Positions 7,643 through 13,799 of a stretch of 39,019 bases of DNA are shown in pieces. The DNA lies in sequence record SRR22947727_2786; one strand, given 5' to 3'. The notes beneath the pieces are model-generated. The model made no database searches and was not told the DNA's origin. It worked only from the letters and a program-made list of their open reading frames with translations. Made by a program: the position numbers and the translations under genes. Within the stretch, counting starts at the first letter, position 1; every line of letters begins with the position of its first letter.

Positions 7643-8335
7643 ATGGCAGTTAAGAAGACAGAGTATAATGAGCGAGTTCTTATAATTGGGGACACACATT
7701 GCCCTTGTATGAGAGATGGATACATCGACTTCCTCAAAGGGATAGAAGAGGCTTGGGGAACTACGCGAACGGTACACATTGGTGATTTGTCAGACATGGC
7801 AGCCCTGAGTTTTCACACCAAGCACCCAACCCTCAAGAATGTTCTAGGGGAGTGGGAAGAGGCTAGGGAGCAGATCGCAGAGCTAACTGAGGCGTTCCCT
7901 AATGTCGATCTACTAACAGGAAACCATTGTGCATTACCTGCCAGAGTAGCTCTCGAAGCAGGAATCCCACCGGAGTTTCTGAGGTCACAGAAGGATCTAT
8001 TCGATCTACCGGAAGGCTGGACTGTATACCCTCGATACTACAAGCTAGAGATTGACGGGTGTCTTTATTTCCACGGTGATGCTGGAAAGAGTACTTCGAT
8101 CAACAATGCTAAAGATCACTTTATGTCCTGCATCAACGGCCATCGCCATGCTCAAGCTGGTGTAACATACTACGCCAACAAGCACGCCAGAGTTTTCGGT
8201 ATGCAAGTCGGCTGCGGAGTTGACGACACTAGATTGGCGCTTGATTACGGCCAACGATACAACGCAAAGAGTATCTTAGGTTGTGGTGTCGTGATAAATG
8301 GCAAGACCGCCATCTTCGAACCGTTTGAAGTTTAA
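7643..8335 (+). CDS. calcineurin-like metallophosphoesterase
   Basis: GDTH, GDLSD, GNH, HGD, GHRH motifs; GGAGGAG RBS. Confidence 0.88.
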   Translation: MAVKKTEYNERVLIIGDTHCPCMRDGYIDFLKGIEEAWGTTRTVHIGDLSDMAALSFHTKHPTLKNVLGEWEEAREQIAELTEAFPNVDLLTGNHCALPARVALEAGIPPEFLRSQKDLFDLPEGWTVYPRYYKLEIDGCLYFHGDAGKSTSINNAKDHFMSCINGHRHAQAGVTYYANKHARVFGMQVGCGVDDTRLALDYGQRYNAKSILGCGVVINGKTAIFEPFEV

Positions 8336-8346
8336 GGAGAACTAAA

Positions 8347-8508
8347 ATGCTTGATAAACTGCTGGTAGCCATGCCCGCCATCGTAGGCGTATTGTACGCT
8401 CTCACCGGGCTTGGCTACCTTTGGAAACGAGAATATGGCTGGGCGATTGTCTGGACAAGCTACGCTCTGGCTAATTTGGGGCTGATAATGGCATCTTATG
8501 GAAAATAA
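8347..8508 (+). CDS. small membrane protein (53 aa, two TM-like segments)
   Basis: AAGGAG RBS; MLDKLLVAMPAIVGVLYALTGLGYLWKREYGWAIVWTSYALANLGLIMASYGK. Confidence 0.7.
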   Translation: MLDKLLVAMPAIVGVLYALTGLGYLWKREYGWAIVWTSYALANLGLIMASYGK

Positions 8509-8523
8509 TTCCTAAGAATTTGA

Positions 8524-8578
8524 CACGCTAAAAAGCGGGGTTTCCTGACAAAAACAGGGAATCCCGCGATTTAGAGTG
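8524..8578 (+). other. long intergenic stem-loop
   Basis: 13-bp stem 8535-8547/8555-8567 with two G-U pairs, extendable by CTAAA/TTTAG and CAC/GTG. Confidence 0.7.
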
Positions 8579-8588
8579 AACATTTCGC

Positions 8589-8616
8589 TTGAACATGTCG
8601 TTATCATGTGTATACT
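8589..8616 (+). promoter_or_regulatory. sigma70-like promoter for GNAT-polymerase operon
   Basis: TTGAAC-16 nt-TATACT, followed by CAA-rich leader. Confidence 0.6.
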
Positions 8617-8655
8617 AAGGGCATGACAAACAACAACACACAACGGAGCGAAACA

Positions 8656-8961
8656 ATGACTTACTCAGAACCAAAAATTGCATACAGCAAAGCAAAAGGC
8701 AACCCATTCAAGACTCAAATCGCTCGACTCCCAAACGGCGGCATGTGCATCATCGAGAAGAATTGGGAGACAGGCAAAAGAGCTAAGTATAAGTGGCGAG
8801 CCGTGATGTGTGAACCTAACGTATTCGAGATAGAGAACTGCGAAGGTGTGAAAGAGACATACGTATTAGGCTACAACCAAGTAGAAGGTTGGGAAGGAGA
8901 GCCAGAATATGGGAAAACACGGAAAGAAGCCGTACTAGCCTGCCTTATCAAATACTGGTAG
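8656..8961 (+). CDS. hypothetical protein (101 aa)
   Basis: ATG 8656 behind GGAG; first gene after promoter. Confidence 0.65.
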   Translation: MTYSEPKIAYSKAKGNPFKTQIARLPNGGMCIIEKNWETGKRAKYKWRAVMCEPNVFEIENCEGVKETYVLGYNQVEGWEGEPEYGKTRKEAVLACLIKYW

Positions 8962-8967
8962 AACACC

Positions 8968-9000
8968 ATGAGCTTCGCCGGATACGCTCTGACCGGCTTT
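8968..9000 (+). repeat. 33-nt dispersed leader element, copy 2
   Basis: ATGAGCTTCGCCGGATACGCTCTGACCGGCTTT; one substitution versus 1485-1517. Confidence 0.9.
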
Positions 9001-9026
9001 TACTTAATCACTTTTGGAGGAAAGAC

Positions 9027-9539
9027 ATGATAACTTACAGAAATATGATCGCTGATGATTATGACCGCATCGAACAGATCGAAGAAGATCGTGGAGCAAT
9101 GGACTCATTTTGCGTTGAAGAGCTTGAAGAGATGTTCAATAACGACGAGAACAACTTCGCTACCTACAATGCCTTAGTTGCTCTCGATGGCGATTCAATC
9201 GTCGGATACTTAGTTAGCTTTACACTAGTCCAGTTCCCAAAACGCTCAGCAATCATTCGATGCTATGTCGACCACGATTATCGACGACAGGGGATCGGCT
9301 CAGAACTAATCAAACGGGTCGAACCAACTAAGTCAGGCTATCGTGTGTCTATCGAAGTTGGCGAAGTAGACTACGCTTCTGCGGCCTTCCTTCGCAAGAA
9401 TGGCTACACCGTGACCGAAGTGGTCGATGCTGAGTATAACGAAGAAGGTGAGCTTGAGCTGGAAGGCTATATGATCCTTCAGAACGAGAAGAAGCCAAAG
9501 ATGTCACTAACGCAGCGATTAACTTGGGGGTCTAACTAA
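9027..9539 (+). CDS. GNAT family N-acetyltransferase (RimI-like)
   Basis: IVGY, acetyl-CoA motif YVDHDYRRQGIGSELI, AFLRKNGY; ATG 9027 behind GGAGG. Confidence 0.85.
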   Translation: MITYRNMIADDYDRIEQIEEDRGAMDSFCVEELEEMFNNDENNFATYNALVALDGDSIVGYLVSFTLVQFPKRSAIIRCYVDHDYRRQGIGSELIKRVEPTKSGYRVSIEVGEVDYASAAFLRKNGYTVTEVVDAEYNEEGELELEGYMILQNEKKPKMSLTQRLTWGSN

Positions 9540-11410
9540 TGAGGATTTTACACATCGACTTCGAAACATCCTCGAAGGTCAACATCAAAGACACTGGCAC
9601 TTATCGCTATTGTGCAGATCCCAGTACAGAAGTCATCTGTGTGGGCTGGGCATTTGACGATGAGACAGTGCAGGTCTCTGAGAGGCTGCCTAATGAGATC
9701 CGACGACATATCCGCGAAGGTGGGCTAGTCTATGCTCATAACGCAGCTATGGAGGAGCAGGTGCTTTATCACATCTACGGCATCGAGAACGTCAATATGC
9801 GATGTACCTCAGCAGTAGCGAGCTACCATGCTTTACCGGCATCACTAGAGGCTGTCGCAGAGCATCTAGGTCTCGAAGTCAAGAAGGATAAAGAAGGCTC
9901 CAAAGTCCTTCGTAAGCACTTCAAGACTCCGGTTGACGAGATACCAGCATCGGATGCTCAGGTCATTAAAGCCTACTGTAAGCAAGATGTCGAAGTTGAG
10001 CGAGCCATTCATCGTAGGCTTGGCGAACTGCCAGCTAACGAGTTGGCGGTGTGGCAACTGGATCAGAAGATGAATCGTCGAGGTATCAAAGTAGACGTAG
10101 CACTAGCTCAGAACTGCATCGAGGCCGTTAATGCTGCTAAGGCAACCATCGAGACTGATCTACAGAGACTAACAGAGGGAGCCGTTGAGAAGCCTACACA
10201 GGCTAAGCGTATCATCACATGGCTCGAATCTCGCGGGATCGAGACAGATAATCTCACGAAGGATACTGTGGTTGAGTTACTTGAGCAGGATCTACCGGCT
10301 GAAGTCCGCGAAGTGCTGCTATGTAGGCAGCGAGGAGGTGGCTCAGCCACGGGTAAGTTTGAGAAGGCTCTACACATGGCAGGCTCAGATGATCGCGTCA
10401 GAGGCAACCTGAAGTATCACGGGGCAACTACAGGACGCTTCTCTGGTAGTGGCTTGCAGATCCAGAACTTACCTCGCGGCAATGTTAGCGACACTGACGC
10501 TCTAGCTGATATGTTTTTGCGGAAGGATATAAGCCAAGTGGAGGAGGTCGCTGGTAATGTGTACGATGGTGCTAAGTCAGCGGTTAGGCCACTTCTGACG
10601 GCATCTAGCCCTGATAAGCGTCTGATCGTCGCGGACTACTCGGCCATCGAATGCCGGGTGTTGGCTTGGTTAGCTGGCCAAGATGATCTGGTCGAGGAGA
10701 TTCGAAGTGGGGTTGATACCTATTGCAGCTTCGCATCGAAGGTCTTTAAGGAGCCAGTCACGAAGGCTGACAAGAAGAAGCGAGCTGTGGGTAAGGTTGC
10801 TATTCTTGGGCTAGGGTACGGCATGGGTGCGGCTAAGTTCCAAGATACTTTGAAAACTATGGCAGGCTTGCAAGTTAACCTAAACTTCGCTCAGTCTGTG
10901 GTCGATACTTATCGCAGCACCTTCAGCCAGATCAGAGATTATTGGTACGAACTAGAACGGAACGCTATCGAAGCTGTCCGGTCTGGGGAAAGCAAAGATG
11001 GTAAATGGTATCGAGAAGGTTCAGTATTGCATCACATCCTACCTAGCGGTAGGGTCATGCGATACCAGAATGTCTCGTTAATGCGAGGGAAGTTCGACAA
11101 TGATGCCATCAAATATCGGCGGCCTCTAGGTAAGAATATGGTATGGAGCGACACTTACGGGGCTAAGCTCAGTGAGAATATAACCCAAGCTGCTGCTAGA
11201 GATGTAATGGCTGATAGCATGATCGAACTGGATAAGGCGGGTATTAAGCTACTCGCTACAGTCCACGACGAAGTGATAGCTGAGGCAGAAGCATCTGAAG
11301 CAGACTTGACGCTCAGAAAGATGGAAGCTATTATGGTTGCAGACAAGACGTGGAGTAGTGGCCTACCGTTGGCTACTGAAGGTTTTACTAGTTTTAGGTT
11401 TAAGAAATAG
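9539..11410 (+). CDS. DNA polymerase family A with 3'-5' exonuclease
   Basis: Exo HIDFET, AHNA, YCKQDV; TTGRFS; motif A DYSAIECR, motif B RAVGKVAILGLGYG, motif C VHDE. Confidence 0.95.
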   Translation: MRILHIDFETSSKVNIKDTGTYRYCADPSTEVICVGWAFDDETVQVSERLPNEIRRHIREGGLVYAHNAAMEEQVLYHIYGIENVNMRCTSAVASYHALPASLEAVAEHLGLEVKKDKEGSKVLRKHFKTPVDEIPASDAQVIKAYCKQDVEVERAIHRRLGELPANELAVWQLDQKMNRRGIKVDVALAQNCIEAVNAAKATIETDLQRLTEGAVEKPTQAKRIITWLESRGIETDNLTKDTVVELLEQDLPAEVREVLLCRQRGGGSATGKFEKALHMAGSDDRVRGNLKYHGATTGRFSGSGLQIQNLPRGNVSDTDALADMFLRKDISQVEEVAGNVYDGAKSAVRPLLTASSPDKRLIVADYSAIECRVLAWLAGQDDLVEEIRSGVDTYCSFASKVFKEPVTKADKKKRAVGKVAILGLGYGMGAAKFQDTLKTMAGLQVNLNFAQSVVDTYRSTFSQIRDYWYELERNAIEAVRSGESKDGKWYREGSVLHHILPSGRVMRYQNVSLMRGKFDNDAIKYRRPLGKNMVWSDTYGAKLSENITQAAARDVMADSMIELDKAGIKLLATVHDEVIAEAEASEADLTLRKMEAIMVADKTWSSGLPLATEGFTSFRFKK

Positions 11411-11420
11411 GAGGAGTGAG

Positions 11421-12368
11421 ATGAGTAAGAAATGGAAGGCTATCTATCTCGATTGGGATGGTGTGCTATGGGACTTCATGCAGGCTTTTTGCGACTGGTA
11501 TGAGTTAGACATCCCTGCTTCAGGTAACTGGGAGTTCTATAAATCTGTCGGAATGAGTGATGTGGAGTTCCACGACAAGCTAGAACGTCTACCGAAGGAC
11601 TTCTGGCAGCAGCAGAAGTATGTACTACCTCACGCTAACATTCTCGTAGAATGGGCTAAGGCTAATGCTGACAGGGTTTCTATCCTGACAGTAGCACCTG
11701 AGCGAGGGTGTGTACAGGGTAAGACTGCCTTAGCTGGCTCTATCTTCGGTCTTGGGGTGTATGCTGTTGATGATGCGTCACAGAAGGTCAGATACGCTAA
11801 GGAAGGCTGCCTACTGATCGACGACAAGTCTAGTAGCGTGGTTCGGTTCGCCCAGACTAATGCACTAGCTAGTGGGTTAATATGGCCTGCTGAGTACAAT
11901 ATGGGACTCTGCGAGTCGTGGTACTTCGATGTTATGGATCTTGACACGTCGTCCATCGAGGACATCAAGAAGAAAGCTCACTGGGCTTTAACTGACGAAG
12001 ATCGCTCAGCACTGTTGAAGGATCTGAAGGATGAGAAGGCTGAGAAGCCTGCTTTGGATTACGAAGCTATGGATGAGGCGAAGAGGCGTAAGATGACCCC
12101 GATGTATTCTGGGTTGCTTGCTTACTTCCCTGATGCACTGGCTCAGGTAGCCCAGAACTCGATGGTAGGCCACTACCAACACAATGACCCGTCTGACCCT
12201 ATGTACTGGGATAGAACGAAGTCAGCGGATGAGATGGACGCTATGATACGCCACATGGCAGATCATAGCAAAGATCCATACGACAGCGATGGAAGGTTGC
12301 ACATGTCAAAGGTCGCATGGAGAGCTTTGGCGTTCGTTCAGAAATATATTGAGGAGGAGCAGAAATGA
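11421..12368 (+). CDS. HAD 5'(3')-deoxyribonucleotidase-like domain fused to dATP/dGTP diphosphohydrolase-like (DUF5664-like) domain
   Basis: N-terminal YLDWDGVL and LLIDDK; C-terminal SGLLAYFPDALAQVA...DAMIRH...HMSKVAWRALA; AGGAGG RBS. Confidence 0.75.
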   Translation: MSKKWKAIYLDWDGVLWDFMQAFCDWYELDIPASGNWEFYKSVGMSDVEFHDKLERLPKDFWQQQKYVLPHANILVEWAKANADRVSILTVAPERGCVQGKTALAGSIFGLGVYAVDDASQKVRYAKEGCLLIDDKSSSVVRFAQTNALASGLIWPAEYNMGLCESWYFDVMDLDTSSIEDIKKKAHWALTDEDRSALLKDLKDEKAEKPALDYEAMDEAKRRKMTPMYSGLLAYFPDALAQVAQNSMVGHYQHNDPSDPMYWDRTKSADEMDAMIRHMADHSKDPYDSDGRLHMSKVAWRALAFVQKYIEEEQK

Positions 12369-12538
12369 TTAGCATTGAACAACAACAGAAGAACGCAACA
12401 ACCCTACTTAGCGATTGGGCGAAGATACTACACCTTTGCGGATCGGGAGACCGCCGGACAGAAGCAATGTTCGAGGCTTGGCTAGATGCGGCAGCTAGTT
12501 TAGAGATGCGAAAGGAGGCCGAGAATGGCAGCAATTAA
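12365..12538 (+). CDS. hypothetical protein (57 aa)
   Basis: GAGGAG RBS, ATGA overlap; below ORF-track cutoff. Confidence 0.6.
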   Translation: MISIEQQQKNATTLLSDWAKILHLCGSGDRRTEAMFEAWLDAAASLEMRKEAENGSN

Positions 12539-12686
12539 CGCTCTATTGTGGCAAGTGGCACTTATGCTAACGCTTGTCTATCTTGGCCTCGATGCCTTCG
12601 CATGGTTCATAGGTGGCATGATGCTAATGTTTTGGATCGTAATAGTAGTTATAGCAAAGGGGGTGAAAGATGAGCAAAGGCGATAA
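12525..12686 (+). CDS. small membrane protein (53 aa)
   Basis: AAGGAGG RBS; two hydrophobic segments, basic C-terminus. Confidence 0.6.
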   Translation: MAAINALLWQVALMLTLVYLGLDAFAWFIGGMMLMFWIVIVVIAKGVKDEQRR

Positions 12687-12777
12687 GAACCGAACTAAGG
12701 ATAGAGATGCATATCGTGAGACTATGGATCGGATCAAACGCAATGAAGAGAGGAAGGAGGCTAAGAAAGATGAGTAG
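12670..12777 (+). CDS. small charged protein (35 aa, MSKGDKNRTKDRDAYRETMDRIK...)
   Basis: GGGGGTG RBS; tiles the gap between neighbouring ORFs. Confidence 0.55.
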   Translation: MSKGDKNRTKDRDAYRETMDRIKRNEERKEAKKDE

Positions 12778-13012
12778 ATTGAAATTCTTGAGGGTCGTAT
12801 ACATGATGCCTATCCTATTGTTAGGCTTGTGGCCGGTGCCTATCAACTGCCAGCAATGTAGCGATCAGGTTGCTGTGGAGTGCTTCTTCGCTAGAGTAGC
12901 GTCGAGGTTCGAAAACAACTTCTTCTGTGGGCATGAGTGTGCTAACAGGTGGCTAGATGAACATCCGCTTTACGATGAGAACGGTAACATTATTAGGAGG
13001 ACTAAGGAATGA
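12770..13012 (+). CDS. hypothetical zinc-binding protein with N-terminal hydrophobic segment
   Basis: AAGGAGG RBS; CQQC ... FCGHEC. Confidence 0.6.
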   Translation: MSRLKFLRVVYMMPILLLGLWPVPINCQQCSDQVAVECFFARVASRFENNFFCGHECANRWLDEHPLYDENGNIIRRTKE

Positions 13013-13191
13013 GTGAGAACACTACATCACAACTAGCGGCGATTACTCTACGAGAGGCTGTCATGGCTCAAAGTCCTATCAAAGCGAAGGACTCACGAGA
13101 TAGTAAGATCAACATAGCCGGTGCGATTGCTGGGCTAGTCTTCTCGATAGCCTTAGCTTCGACACCCTTCATCGTAATTTTCTCTAACTAG
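13009..13191 (+). CDS. small membrane protein
   Basis: AGGAGG RBS, C-terminal TM segment. Confidence 0.6.
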   Translation: MSENTTSQLAAITLREAVMAQSPIKAKDSRDSKINIAGAIAGLVFSIALASTPFIVIFSN

Positions 13192-13203
13192 AAAGGTAAC
13201 TAC

Positions 13204-13404
13204 ATGATACGAGATGAGAATGGAAAGCTCTCATCTACTCGCATAGTCCTGATGATCATGGTAGCTCTTTTCTGCTACATCGTGATCTCAGGCCATGCAG
13301 TAGATGATATGGTCTACACGATACTCAATGCTGTGATCCTGTTGTGCCTCGGCGGTACATCGGTTCGAGGGACAGTTAGCTGTATCGGAGGTAAACATGG
13401 TTGA
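13204..13404 (+). CDS. putative holin-like membrane protein
   Basis: 66 aa, two TM segments after DENGKLSSTR. Confidence 0.45.
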   Translation: MIRDENGKLSSTRIVLMIMVALFCYIVISGHAVDDMVYTILNAVILLCLGGTSVRGTVSCIGGKHG

Positions 13405-13681
13405 CCCTGAAAGCTACGAAGTCACGGTACTAGGCCAAACCTTCGTAGTAGATCATGTGCCTAACCTACTCGTAGAAGGCGAGAGGTGCGAAGGTGCCTG
13501 CTACGTCAGCGAGAGGATCATCAAGCTAGATGATGAGTTGAGGTTCCAGCCTGCTCGATATAATCGAGTGTTGAAACATGAGCTTATGCACGCTGCACTT
13601 AGGACAAGTGGCATTGCAGAGCTGATGGATCTGAAGATGGAAGAGGCAATCTGTGTACTTGTAGAAAGTATTTCAGTATAG
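13397..13681 (+). CDS. small HExxH metallopeptidase-like protein
   Basis: VLKHELMHA followed by EEAIC; GGAGG RBS. Confidence 0.6.
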   Translation: MVDPESYEVTVLGQTFVVDHVPNLLVEGERCEGACYVSERIIKLDDELRFQPARYNRVLKHELMHAALRTSGIAELMDLKMEEAICVLVESISV

Positions 13682-13686
13682 AAACG

Positions 13687-13727
13687 AAAAAAGCCCCCAC
13701 AGCCTAATAAGCTATGGGGGCTTTTTT
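13687..13727. terminator. bidirectional intrinsic terminator between the two arms
   Basis: AAAAAAGCCCCCA...TGGGGGCTTTTTT. Confidence 0.9.
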
Positions 13728-13732
13728 ATGTT

Positions 13733-13794
13733 ATGGGAGGCGACTTTCGCAACGAGCTACTCATCGCCAGCTATCGGGGCAAATAGCTTCCCAT
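13733..13794 (-). ncRNA. candidate structured RNA (three-way junction or hammerhead-like core)
   Basis: Stems AUGGGA/UCCCAU, AGCUAUU/GAUAGCU, GGCGAU/GUCGCC, GUAG/UUGC; four G-U pairs form only on the - strand. Confidence 0.5.
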
Positions 13795-13799
13795 TATTT

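Noticed and set aside
8395-8408. Third partial match to the leader element (TACGCTCTCACCGG, also encoding YALTG)
   Set aside because: Inside a membrane-protein CDS and lacks the GAGC and GCCGG arms needed for either stem; probably coincidental, though a DNA-level site is not excluded
11421-12368. 2-aminoadenine (Z) genome pathway
   Set aside because: No PurZ/adenylosuccinate synthetase-like gene seen; a dNTP hydrolase alone is insufficient
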